A stretch of 63,804 nucleotides of DNA, counting the filler, from an uncultured bacterium (GTDB lineage Bacteria; CAYUVA01): the NCBI GenBank assembly GCA_964448115.1. It is 3 parts of 3 records of this genome, joined end to end, with 100 filler letters (N's around TTAATTAATTAA, not from the genome) between each part and the next. Parts side by side here need not be neighbours in the genome. Positions count along the whole stretch, not along the records: positions 29,500 to 57,927 come from CAYUVA010000050.1; 2 more parts are not named here. One strand, 5' to 3'. Of this stretch, positions 40,901 through 49,764 are shown piece by piece (positions within the stretch are counted from its first letter, which is position 1; every line of letters begins with the position of its first letter). The notes under the pieces were generated by a model. The model worked only from the letters and a program-made list of their open reading frames with translations, was not told the origin of the DNA and searched no databases. Made by a program: the position numbers and the translations under genes.

Positions 40901-41059
40901 TCCCAATGCCGCTGTGCCTGCAAACAGCCCTACACCGAGGGTTATCTTGGCTTTTTTGGGTTTCAGAACCACAAGCAGCAAGGTAAACATGGCAGAGGCT
41001 ATGATGCCGATGCCGGGCAGTGTCTTATACAACGGTAACAGTTGCAGCTTTGCATCCAT
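37961..41059 (-). CDS. PMT/ArnT-like GT-C membrane protein with extracytoplasmic domain and NHL-like propeller
   Basis: LWVDE acidic motif, many TM helices, DLAIAPDGTIY repeats. Confidence 0.75.
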   Translation of the reverse strand: MDAKLQLLPLYKTLPGIGIIASAMFTLLLVVLKPKKAKITLGVGLFAGTAALGQILFVQGKIAPGWISYGISAMFLCAYLLFIHKPFIDTYDMRLKRRWIELFLLGIILIIGIYLRVADWKSQALGLWVDETWLGENAHLLMERGWSYTPVVRDRGSTAPYMMLPAIWLAGTGKLAIKFVPMVASILTLIFSYFLYRILFGTRLALLGSALMATGLWASIEADRLELEVNVPWLLALALFFWLRGIRYNRFYDYFIAGVLVIFGWTTFYPFQVAFGIMFLHLFYKLVFHARYFVRSWHSLPFFFIGAALMFYLIIIPHKRTFFPGGLTNPKQVFAYKDYKERISENLRKLAYTYNIKMFPTADIFKRDGPLLNRYLAMFFILGLAYCVFNLRREECFFLVSWFIVLGLPSIFSEPNPRRIVGHQGLVYIVIALGIFMVARSLAGLFEKSKTSSIVLTLLLAAMVIPAAADNIIYILKPSKQRHLSQTIQSTAIGEFIRDNYNSYKIYLMAAADIETVNYFAYGGSGRINTFSRYSFGRTFPLFDLLDKDIACILGYSPDGDINLRLLKQYFPNGRVEDIYTDGIKAFRSFTATVDDIERIRGLNLELLGSREQDAKPVASCQVRKGGFDAKEMATLCPDFASAVAYRLSGSFFYQPSSYSRVALRTNTKNPVLKVNGVVMQLRHDASGYRTRTYISWGANGLEVYGEMPDGDEPPFLSIEIQAPGYSEGLPATMLYSMMPYDNELRAVAIQPSVVKAHQLAPFKVDLGDDWEHKPQLRDLAIAPDGTIYAAEGVNIALLMLSEQGIIEHKMPVPEVYSTVLPASWPKNFFIYTAPDGSIYSPDFWNRKIVRIIPGEKVEVIFSRPGYEPIDLAVLDEDNLVSCGGKVIIWHHRKADGSWSHEPILDHRVLLAASAICPASARQAYCLDREKGSIYLLDTSGEISQQIKVEKLDCADIRMVADQNLIYLHAMGDNRVHIYTRQGTKLMNASGGSLRDPFQANLPGGIMALDIASDGRILAMGRHGHGAWFKIE

Positions 41060-41109
41060 TTTCTTAGCGTTGAGATATTACCCGCCATTACGCCACAATA
41101 CAAGTCGGC

Positions 41110-42366
41110 TTAGCCTTCAGTTGCGTCGCCGCTAGCGTCCAGATCCTGGTAAAGCTCCTCGAGTTCAGCGATCATCCTGGCAACCGAGTATTCCGCTCCC
41201 ACCAGTTCCCTGCCGGCTTTGCCCATCCGCTTCCTGAGCTTCTCATCAGCAAGCAGCTCCACCACTCGCCTGGCGAATAGTTGCTCATCATCAGCGAGGC
41301 AAAGATGCTGCCCATCGACTGCATCGATCCCCTCCAGTCCAACCGATGTGGTAACCACGCCTAGCTGCATTGCCAATGACTGGAGCAGCTTGACCTTGAT
41401 GCCGCCGCCGAGACGCAAGGGGATGACAGAGACCTGCATTCGATCAAGGAAATCAGGGAGGTCGCCGATGAAGCCAGGCACCTCGACGCCATACTTAGCA
41501 CTCATTTTATGCAGGTAATTCGGGGGATTTTTCCCCAGCACATAAAGCCTGGTATCGGGCATTCGTTTGCGCACCACAAGCCATATCTTCTCGGTGAAAT
41601 AGGCTATCGCATCCAGGTTGGCATCGTGCTCGAAATTGCCGATAAAGACCACTGAGCCGGGGATTTTAGGTGTATATTTGGGTTTGAATATCTCTGTATC
41701 CACGCCATGGTGGATTATCTTAATTCTCCTTTGCGTCTTTGCGTGCGGATCTCCAATCAGCTCAGCCAGTTGATGTGCATCCTCTTGGGTAACGGTTATG
41801 ATGCGCTGAAAGTTTCGGTAATAGCTCGCCTCGAAGCGCCTCCATTTATTGAGTTGCCACCTGAGAAAAGCTTTTTTCAGCGGATGCCTGGCATTTTCCA
41901 TTTTGCGTAGAGCCGGTTTTGTTCCCAGTTCGTGAAGATCGAGCACCTTTGGGACATCTGCCACGAGGCTTGCATAGGGTGATAGCTGGCTGAACTCAAA
42001 TTGGACTGTGTCTGGCTTCCATTGCTCCAATGCCACTAGGAGCTTCCTTGAAAACTCGGTGCGGCAGTACTTGGCGATGAAGTATGGCTGGTCGCAGGCA
42101 ATCGATCTCAGGAAATCCTTTGCCCTTGAAGCGAGCAGAGATAATGCTCCCCATCCAGCAAGTTCCTTTTTATCTTTGTATGGGACGGTCATCGCGCTGG
42201 CGTAAAGCCCCTTCAATACATCGAGTGTCTCCCCCTTGCGCGCGAAACTAAGCAGGTATAGCTGGTGCTTTTTGCTCAGGTGCTTGAAGTAGTTGTAGAG
42301 GGTCAATCCGCCGGCGTGGGTGGCTTGGGGATGTGGCATGTAGGGCGAGACGATGAGGATCTTCAC
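41110..42366 (-). CDS. Glycosyltransferase family 4
   Basis: PLRLGGGIKVKLLQSLA, VVTTSVGLEGI; GTG start overlaps upstream TGA. Confidence 0.88.
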   Translation of the reverse strand: MKILIVSPYMPHPQATHAGGLTLYNYFKHLSKKHQLYLLSFARKGETLDVLKGLYASAMTVPYKDKKELAGWGALSLLASRAKDFLRSIACDQPYFIAKYCRTEFSRKLLVALEQWKPDTVQFEFSQLSPYASLVADVPKVLDLHELGTKPALRKMENARHPLKKAFLRWQLNKWRRFEASYYRNFQRIITVTQEDAHQLAELIGDPHAKTQRRIKIIHHGVDTEIFKPKYTPKIPGSVVFIGNFEHDANLDAIAYFTEKIWLVVRKRMPDTRLYVLGKNPPNYLHKMSAKYGVEVPGFIGDLPDFLDRMQVSVIPLRLGGGIKVKLLQSLAMQLGVVTTSVGLEGIDAVDGQHLCLADDEQLFARRVVELLADEKLRKRMGKAGRELVGAEYSVARMIAELEELYQDLDASGDATEG

Positions 42367-43304
42367 TTTATCCGAGTCCTTTTGAGCACCTCGATGTCGC
42401 TGAGCGCGCCTCCTGATTCGCACTTCGGCTCATCAAGCTCCCTGTAGCGGGCAAGAGCCTGCTTGTAGCCCAGGTAGCCGTATAAGGAAAAGTTTTTCCC
42501 CACCCGCAGCCAGTTGAGGCGATGAAGCGCTTTATGTTCGGCGATTAACTTGCCATCACTGATATTCTTCCAGAAGAACAGGTAATAGTTTCGATAGAAG
42601 ATCATCCTGATGTAATCCGGGGTGAAGTACCTTCCGATGGTGCCTCGATGGCGATGATGAGCTTTCGCATTAGGGACGAAAAGTGTCCGGTACCCTTTAA
42701 GCCAGGCGCGAAACGAGATATCGGTATCCTCGCAGTAAAAGGGATAGTACAGCGGGTCGAACCCATTGAGCTTGAGGTAGATATCCCTGTTGACCAGGGA
42801 GGAGCCACCGCCAGCGTAAAGAACCTCCTTGATGTCATCATCGAGCACCGGATAGTGCCTGACCTTGATCAGCCCGAAGCGCTTGAACCAACTGGTCAGC
42901 CCGGTCTCCTCCCATCTTCGTTTCCGCGATTGGTGGATGATTCGTGCCGTAACCGCGAAGATATCATCGCCACCGACCATGACCTCCATTAACCTGGCTA
43001 GCGCATCCGCTTCGAGAACCATGTCATTATTCAACAGCAGGGAGTACTTGCCGGATGCGCCCTGCACGCCTTTGTTCACCGATGCTGCAAAGCCTTGATT
43101 GCTTTGGTTGACCATGGTGCGAGTCCAGGGAAATCGCTCCCTGAGCAAATCGACCGTGTTGTCGCTCGAGGCATCATCGACCACGATGACCTCGCAGTCT
43201 ATGGAGGCTATCGCGATGGCACCAGCGAGCGCTTCCAGTGTTGACGGCAGCAGCTTGGCGCCGTTGAAGGTCGGTATTATCACGCTTACATCCATTGTAC
43301 GCAT
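42363..43304 (-). CDS. Glycosyltransferase family 2 (rhamnosyltransferase-like)
   Basis: IIPTFNG, VVDDASSD, LLNND, YCEDTD. Confidence 0.9.
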   Translation of the reverse strand: MRTMDVSVIIPTFNGAKLLPSTLEALAGAIAIASIDCEVIVVDDASSDNTVDLLRERFPWTRTMVNQSNQGFAASVNKGVQGASGKYSLLLNNDMVLEADALARLMEVMVGGDDIFAVTARIIHQSRKRRWEETGLTSWFKRFGLIKVRHYPVLDDDIKEVLYAGGGSSLVNRDIYLKLNGFDPLYYPFYCEDTDISFRAWLKGYRTLFVPNAKAHHRHRGTIGRYFTPDYIRMIFYRNYYLFFWKNISDGKLIAEHKALHRLNWLRVGKNFSLYGYLGYKQALARYRELDEPKCESGGALSDIEVLKRTRIK

Positions 43305-43389
43305 AATACCCCTCAAGCATCGAAAGTTAAAGGCAGAAGGCAGGGAAATTATGATGCGCGAAAACGGGTTGTCTTCATGGGAAAGTAAT

Positions 43390-44916
43390 CTAAAGCGTTC
43401 TTATCAAAGCCTCCACTAGTCCCTCTGCGGTGTACCGCTTCGCTTCGACTATCACCTGCAAGCCATGCTCTCTTGCTGTTTTTGCGGTTACCGGCCCGAT
43501 ACAGGCAGCCTTGATCTTTGAACGGCAGTGCTTAATGTGCTCCTTGGAGACCAGGCTCATGAAGTTGTTGACCGTTGAGCTGCTGGTGAATGTGCATATA
43601 TATTGCTCGTCCTTATCCCAAAGCCCACCTATTTTTGCTTTCTGGTCATCTCTGATGACGGTTTTATAGATCGGGATCACCAGCACCTCTGCTCCCATCT
43701 CTCGCAGCCCACCAGGTAGTTCAGACGGCGCCTCAGCAGCCCTGGGGATCAGAATGCGTGTTTTTTGCTGCATATTGAGATCCTTAAATGCCTTAAGTAA
43801 TCCCCGTGATGAGAACTCTTCTTTAGGCACAAGATCTGGTTTGATGCCCCTATCAGCCAGTTCCTCGGCTGTCTTTTCACCTACTGCTGCAACGCTGTTC
43901 ATGCACAGATGCCTGGCATCGTAACCATGTTTTGATATCTCATCGAAGAATATCTTTACGCCGTTTATGCTGGTGAATATTATCCAGTTGAACTGTTCCA
44001 GTTCTGTAATCGCCTGATGAAGTGGCTCATTCGGTCTTATGGGAACGGTTTGTATGGTTGGTATGGTGATCACCTCGGCGCCATGGTACTCCAGTAGTTC
44101 TTTTAATCTCCTTGATTGATCAGGAGCCCTGGTTACGATCACTTTTTTTGCGAATAATGGTTTTTTCTCCAGCCACATTATCTGTTCGCGCAGCTTTACC
44201 ACCTGTCCGACAACCAGTATTGCAGGCGGCTTGATGCCCTCTTTTCGGGCATTTATGGCGATATCTTTTATCGTCGAGGTGATCGTTTTCTGAAACGGGG
44301 CTGTTCCCCATTGAATGAGCGCAGCCGGTGTGTTTCCAGGTAAGCCATTTGCCTGCAAGCGCTCAGCGATGTATTCGAGATTCTTTACTCCCATCAAAAA
44401 TACCAGTGTACCACCTATAGTAGCCAGCGCATCATAGTTTATCGCCTCTTGTGTCTTCTCGTCTGATTCGTGCCCGGTAATGAAGGTAACCGTTGATGCG
44501 TAATCTCGATGGGTGATGGGGATGGCTGCGTAAGCCGGCGCTGCGATGGCTGAGGTTATGCCGGGGATGATCTCGAAGGGTACATCATGCTCGGCAAGCA
44601 TCTGACATTCCTCTCCTCCACGCCCGAAGACAAAGGGATCCCCGCCCTTTAGCCGGGCAACTGATTTCCCCTCACCAGCTTTTTGAACCAGCAGTTCATT
44701 GATCTGATCTTGTAAAAGGGTATGGCTGGAAGCCTTCTTGCCAACATAGATTAGTTCTGCATCCGCCCTGGCGTACTCGAGCAGATGCGGATTGGCATGG
44801 TAATCATATACGATGACATCTGCCCTTTGGATCAGCTTTATGGCAGCTAGTGATACCAGCCCGACTGCATAGGGACCAGCCCCTATTAAATATACCTTTC
44901 CCTTTTCAGCAATCAT
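43390..44916 (-). CDS. cobA: Uroporphyrinogen-III C-methyltransferase/uroporphyrinogen-III synthase fusion (CobA-HemD)
   Basis: YLIGAGP, RLKGGDPFVFGRGGEE, then HemD IFTSINGV, FTSSSTV, IGPVTA. Confidence 0.95.
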   Translation of the reverse strand: MIAEKGKVYLIGAGPYAVGLVSLAAIKLIQRADVIVYDYHANPHLLEYARADAELIYVGKKASSHTLLQDQINELLVQKAGEGKSVARLKGGDPFVFGRGGEECQMLAEHDVPFEIIPGITSAIAAPAYAAIPITHRDYASTVTFITGHESDEKTQEAINYDALATIGGTLVFLMGVKNLEYIAERLQANGLPGNTPAALIQWGTAPFQKTITSTIKDIAINARKEGIKPPAILVVGQVVKLREQIMWLEKKPLFAKKVIVTRAPDQSRRLKELLEYHGAEVITIPTIQTVPIRPNEPLHQAITELEQFNWIIFTSINGVKIFFDEISKHGYDARHLCMNSVAAVGEKTAEELADRGIKPDLVPKEEFSSRGLLKAFKDLNMQQKTRILIPRAAEAPSELPGGLREMGAEVLVIPIYKTVIRDDQKAKIGGLWDKDEQYICTFTSSSTVNNFMSLVSKEHIKHCRSKIKAACIGPVTAKTAREHGLQVIVEAKRYTAEGLVEALIRTL

Positions 44917-44978
44917 GCCAGCAAGAATAATAGCACCAAATCAAGGCTCTGCAAAGCATGCCCAACCGGTAAGATGTT

Positions 44979-45007
44979 TTGACATTCAAGAGATTTTATA
45001 GTAGGAT
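44979..45007 (+). promoter_or_regulatory. Putative sigma-70 promoter
   Basis: TTGACA-17-TAGGAT upstream of the KamA-like gene. Confidence 0.55.
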
Positions 45008-45117
45008 AACGATTGCTTCGGATAAACTGGGTAGCGTTGGAAGCTAGTTATTGCAAGGTGTCATACTAGGGCTTCTATGCAACATTACAAACTATTTAAA
45101 AACAGGAGAGTATTATT

Positions 45118-46965
45118 ATGAAAACCGCCAGATTATCTCTACAAGAATTCATCAAGCTAGACCTCGACCAGGCAAACCAATTACTATGGTCGGCAAACCA
45201 TGAGATAACAGGACTGCTTGGAAGACACGATGATCTCGAAGCACTTCGTAAAAGCCTTTTCGATTACCTTGCTAAAAGCGAGCTATGGGTGCTTCAGGCA
45301 GATAATAAATTGCATGACCTGGAAAAGTCCGTGGTCAGGCAATGCATCCGAGTGCTGCGCAACATCATAGCACCGATCAATGAAAGTCGAACCGACTATA
45401 GCGCGCTGAGGACTTTATGGGCGCTTGCACGAGGTGTAACTACCCCTGCACAGGCTGGAATCAGCGCAGGATTTATCGCCGAGTTTTTCTACCTGTTCAG
45501 GGGGGTGCGCGGAGAGCTGGATATTTATAAAACTCCATTGGGAGAGGATTCTGATGGTGCAGAGTTCCTTGAATACCATGGCAGTGAAGCGGCTACCAAG
45601 CGATCCGATGAGTTGGATCGCATTGCCCGGGAGATGAACAGGTACTTCGCAAATTATCCTTCGGGCTTGGAGCCTGATGTTATCGAGCGTCGCAACGATA
45701 ACAAGGATCGTATCTTGAGATACTTTGCCTCAGCACAACAAGACTGGGAGGATTACCAGTGGCATCTGAAGCATATCATTCGAGATGCAAAGACGCTGGC
45801 TGATCTTATCGAACTCGACGAGGTTCAAATAAAGGCAGTTGAAAAGTGCAGAAAATACCGCATACCCTTCGGCATCACGCCGTACTACCTCAGCCTTATG
45901 GAACCAAAGAAGGATATGCGCATAGATGCGGCGGTAAGGGCACAGGTCATACCGCCTCCGGATTATGTGAAGCAGATGGCTGCCAATATCAAACAAAGGG
46001 AAGCAATGTTCGACTTTATGGGTGAGCACGATACCTCTCCGATCGACCTGATAACCCGAAGATACCCCAAGGTCTGCATCATAAAGCCGTATAATACCTG
46101 CTCGCAGATATGCGTTTACTGCCAGAGGAACTGGGAGATAGACGATGTCTTCATCCCGTCGGCAATGGCATCGAAGGAAAAGCTCAAAGCAGCCCTCGAC
46201 TGGCTGGAGCAACACCCGATGTTGGGGGATATACTTATTACCGGCGGCGATCCCTTCATCATGTTAGATAAGGTCATCGAGCCTATCATTGATCGCCTGG
46301 CATCCTTTGATCATGTGTATCGAATAAGGATCGGCACCAGGACGCCGGTTGTGCTTCCCCAGAGAATAACCGATAGCCTTTGCGAGATACTGGATCGGGC
46401 ACTAGAGCCGGGCAAGCGCGAGGTAGGCATTGTAACCCATTTCGAGCACCCTTACGAGGTTACCCCCCAGGCTATGGAGGCGGTCAGGAAACTCAGGAAA
46501 CTTGGCATCGGAGTATATAATCAGCAGGTCTTTACCTACTACAACTCAAGAAAATTCGAGACCGTGAAACTGCGCATGGACCTAAGAAAAATAGGAGTCG
46601 AACCTTATTATACCTTCAACATGAAGGGCAAATCGGAAACCAGGGCATATATGACTCCCATAGCCAGGTTACTACAAGAGCGAAAAGAGGAGGCTAGATT
46701 GATCGCCGGCATGGGCAGGACCGATGAACCGGTCTTTAATGTGCCGAGACTGGGCAAGAATCACCTCAGGGCATGGCAGGATCACAATGTATTGATGATA
46801 TTACCCGACGGAAGCAGGGTATACGAGTTCCATCCATGGGAAAAGAATATCCAGAAAATGCCCACTTACATCCATACCGATGTCCCCATTTACGAATACC
46901 TGCTAAGGTTGAGCAAGGACGGGGAGGATGTAAACAACTACAAGAATATATGGTATTATTACTAG
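45118..46965 (+). CDS. KamA-family radical SAM protein (lysine 2,3-aminomutase-like) with long N-terminal extension
   Basis: GITPYYLSL, CSQICVYCQR, TGGDP, RIGTRTPVVLPQRI, PRLGK (PLP lysine position). Confidence 0.9.
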   Translation: MKTARLSLQEFIKLDLDQANQLLWSANHEITGLLGRHDDLEALRKSLFDYLAKSELWVLQADNKLHDLEKSVVRQCIRVLRNIIAPINESRTDYSALRTLWALARGVTTPAQAGISAGFIAEFFYLFRGVRGELDIYKTPLGEDSDGAEFLEYHGSEAATKRSDELDRIAREMNRYFANYPSGLEPDVIERRNDNKDRILRYFASAQQDWEDYQWHLKHIIRDAKTLADLIELDEVQIKAVEKCRKYRIPFGITPYYLSLMEPKKDMRIDAAVRAQVIPPPDYVKQMAANIKQREAMFDFMGEHDTSPIDLITRRYPKVCIIKPYNTCSQICVYCQRNWEIDDVFIPSAMASKEKLKAALDWLEQHPMLGDILITGGDPFIMLDKVIEPIIDRLASFDHVYRIRIGTRTPVVLPQRITDSLCEILDRALEPGKREVGIVTHFEHPYEVTPQAMEAVRKLRKLGIGVYNQQVFTYYNSRKFETVKLRMDLRKIGVEPYYTFNMKGKSETRAYMTPIARLLQERKEEARLIAGMGRTDEPVFNVPRLGKNHLRAWQDHNVLMILPDGSRVYEFHPWEKNIQKMPTYIHTDVPIYEYLLRLSKDGEDVNNYKNIWYYY

Positions 46966-46983
46966 ATCATGGTGGTTTGAGCA

Positions 46984-47967
46984 TCAAGGCATATCAGGGG
47001 AGATAACGAGTAATCCCTGTCCCCAGGTGCAAATATATATGTAGCCAGCCTTATCCTGGTAGATATCATAGATGAAGCTGTCGGCGGGGATGTTGATATC
47101 GCCTAAGAATGGCACCTGTTGGCTGACCATCCATCTGCCATGGATGAACAAGCTCAAGCCACCTTTTGCGGTTCCAGCCCAAATAATTCCGCTTGTATCG
47201 ATAATCAGGTCGGCAATGAAACCTGATCGCAGGCTGCTAGATTTGCGCCATATCTTTTTTGCATCTTTATCAATCAAGGTAATTCCGTTGCCCCATGATC
47301 CATGCCATATCCTTCCTTTAGAGTCCACTGCGACCGAGAAGCTGTTATCTGCGACCAGACCATCATCGGTGTTGATAAGCTCCCAGGCATCCCCATGTTT
47401 CCTCACCAATCCTTTGTAGGTAGCGCACCAGATTTCTCCATCCGGGCTTACCTCGATATCATTGACAAACCAACTTGGGAAGCCATTCTTCGGGTTATGA
47501 TACCTGACTCCCTTTTCATCGTACTGCGCCAAGCCATAGCCTCGGATGCTGAAGTACTTGGTATCATTAGCATCTACAGCCCCGCAATAGAACCACTCGC
47601 CGGGCAATCCATGCTTCTTGCGAAACACGGTTATCTCATCATCTTTTATCAGCGCTAATCCCTGATCGGTGCCCACCCAGATATTGCCTTTCTTATCAGG
47701 GAGAACAAAGTAAATATAATTATTCGGTAAGCCGTCTTTTTGGGTATAAACACGCATCTGGTCGCCATTTTTTCGCATCAATCCAGCATCGGTTCCGACC
47801 CACAGATTACCCTTGCTATCCATATTGACACATAAGGTTACATTGGATGGTAAGCCATCATCGGTGGTCCATACCCCCACCTGGCGGTTGGCGCTCGCTG
47901 ATGAGGCGGCAAGGCATATCATGATGATAGATAGAAATAATCTCCTTTGTACACTAGGTCTTTTCAT
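46984..47967 (-). CDS. Secreted beta-propeller protein (two-component regulator propeller repeats)
   Basis: Signal peptide; repeated DGLPxN...DxxGxxWxGT. Confidence 0.85.
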   Translation of the reverse strand: MKRPSVQRRLFLSIIMICLAASSASANRQVGVWTTDDGLPSNVTLCVNMDSKGNLWVGTDAGLMRKNGDQMRVYTQKDGLPNNYIYFVLPDKKGNIWVGTDQGLALIKDDEITVFRKKHGLPGEWFYCGAVDANDTKYFSIRGYGLAQYDEKGVRYHNPKNGFPSWFVNDIEVSPDGEIWCATYKGLVRKHGDAWELINTDDGLVADNSFSVAVDSKGRIWHGSWGNGITLIDKDAKKIWRKSSSLRSGFIADLIIDTSGIIWAGTAKGGLSLFIHGRWMVSQQVPFLGDINIPADSFIYDIYQDKAGYIYICTWGQGLLVISPDMP

Positions 47968-49001
47968 TCTGGTAAAAGCTTCTTATCTACGAGTAGAGAA
48001 TATAAACGCTGTGCGATCAGCTCGTCTCCAGCGTCTGTCGGATGCAGCGGATCGTATAGGTAAACCTGGTTATATGGCTCATTTGTTGGTTGCATTTCAG
48101 GTATCTCCAGGAAATGAGCCTTATGTTTTATAGCGGTCCTTTTTGCCATAAGGTTGTAGTCATGTGTGTAAAGAGTGATGTTTATGGGGTGAAAGTAGGG
48201 GGTCTTGTGCCGGAAGCGAAATGGGAACTGGATGATCACGGTCTCAATATCGTGCTGCTTATTGAACTGGATTATCTCAGCCAGGTTCTTCACATAATCC
48301 TCTAGCGCAACTCGTGATACTATTCGTTCTTTTTCGATCGGATGGCTTGCAAAAGACTGTATGGCTCGGATCAATAACCTATAAAAGCGCAGCTTGTGTA
48401 GCAGCCTTTTGACTCCTACGGCATAATCGCTTTTCTCGAATATCTCCTTATCGGAGAAGCGGTTTATCCCCGCATCACCAATGGCGGTACAGACGGTGAT
48501 CATGTCCGGCTTTAGCTTGATTCCCCTTTCCCTTATGTAATTTAGGATCTGGAAGCTGGAGTAGCCGACTACGCCGCCATTTATGACCCTTATGTCCTTA
48601 TTTGGACGATTCCTATCTAAAAGGGACTGCAACTGAGCAGGATAGGTCTTGTCTTGTGCTCTGCCTAAGCCGAAGGTTACCGAGTCGCCAAGGCACATTA
48701 TCCGAAACTGATCCGGCGGCTTGTCGAAGCTGATCTCCTCGTTTCGTAATCCTAGTGAGTTGGTATTTACCACCGTGCCCTCTGCCCAACCTTGTTTAAT
48801 ATTTGGCTTTAGGCTCCAAAAAAGCAAGAAATCATCGCGATATTCAGCCCTATGTCGTCTCCCGAAGGTCTCGGTCATTATGAAAAAGGCGGTGTTATCC
48901 TGCTTTGCAACTCCGAAGATCCATAATAGAAGTTCCACGCCACCGAAGAAGATGCAAACAGATAAGAGCATCACAAGGATGTTTAAGAAAAATTTTCTCA
49001 T
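47964..49001 (-). CDS. Membrane-anchored SGNH/GDSL hydrolase
   Basis: LGDSVT, GVVGYSS, DPLHP. Confidence 0.88.
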   Translation of the reverse strand: MRKFFLNILVMLLSVCIFFGGVELLLWIFGVAKQDNTAFFIMTETFGRRHRAEYRDDFLLFWSLKPNIKQGWAEGTVVNTNSLGLRNEEISFDKPPDQFRIMCLGDSVTFGLGRAQDKTYPAQLQSLLDRNRPNKDIRVINGGVVGYSSFQILNYIRERGIKLKPDMITVCTAIGDAGINRFSDKEIFEKSDYAVGVKRLLHKLRFYRLLIRAIQSFASHPIEKERIVSRVALEDYVKNLAEIIQFNKQHDIETVIIQFPFRFRHKTPYFHPINITLYTHDYNLMAKRTAIKHKAHFLEIPEMQPTNEPYNQVYLYDPLHPTDAGDELIAQRLYSLLVDKKLLPE

Positions 49002-49047
49002 AACATACGAGGAGTGCTTTTACGATAAATATCAGCAAGTATCAAGC

Positions 49048-49623
49048 TTAATTTGCAGGTTCTGGGTGTTTCTTAGGTAAAAAATTGGATGCGATTATTA
49101 TCTTGAGTAGATCACCTGGCAGAAATATTATGCATCCGCTTAACAGGATATGCCAGGAGCCAAGGTGGGGCAATAGAATATACAGCCATAACAGCCCGAA
49201 CAGGTATATGGGGAGGCTTGAGATGCCTAATAGCGCAATCTTAGATAGATTTGAGTCGGTTCGATACCGCTCGAAGAGGTAGCCAGCTAGATAGGCAGCG
49301 AATATGAATCCGATTATATACCCCGCGGATGCCGGTGCTGCCAATAGGGCATAGGCATTTTTTAGATTGGCGAATACAGGCAATCCAATGAATCCCTCGC
49401 TAATATAAACCAGGATGGTTGCCACGCCGAGCCTTGCACCTAAAAGCGCTCCAACCAGCAATACCGGTAAGGTCTGCAAGGTTATCGGCACAGGACCGAT
49501 ATTGAAGTTCACCTGTGCACTTAGCGCAATTACGAGGCTTCCCACCAAAACAGATGCCAACTGAACCCTTAAGTCCTTAAGAACAAAGGGGGATTGAAAT
49601 ATTCGCCTAGCTATTATGCTCAT
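49048..49623 (-). CDS. bioY: Biotin transporter S-component BioY
   Basis: PVPITLQT, GLPVFA, GYIIGF, FLPGDLLK. Confidence 0.93.
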   Translation of the reverse strand: MSIIARRIFQSPFVLKDLRVQLASVLVGSLVIALSAQVNFNIGPVPITLQTLPVLLVGALLGARLGVATILVYISEGFIGLPVFANLKNAYALLAAPASAGYIIGFIFAAYLAGYLFERYRTDSNLSKIALLGISSLPIYLFGLLWLYILLPHLGSWHILLSGCIIFLPGDLLKIIIASNFLPKKHPEPAN

Positions 49624-49764
49624 CGAGTGCTGCTCCTGGTAATGAAGTTATCATCAGCCTAGCAAGTTACCATTACACTTGGAGAATTTCAATATACAAA
49701 ACTGGGTATCACTTGGAGCATACTGGATTTTTACAATCTTAACCGATAATATTAGAAGTCGATC

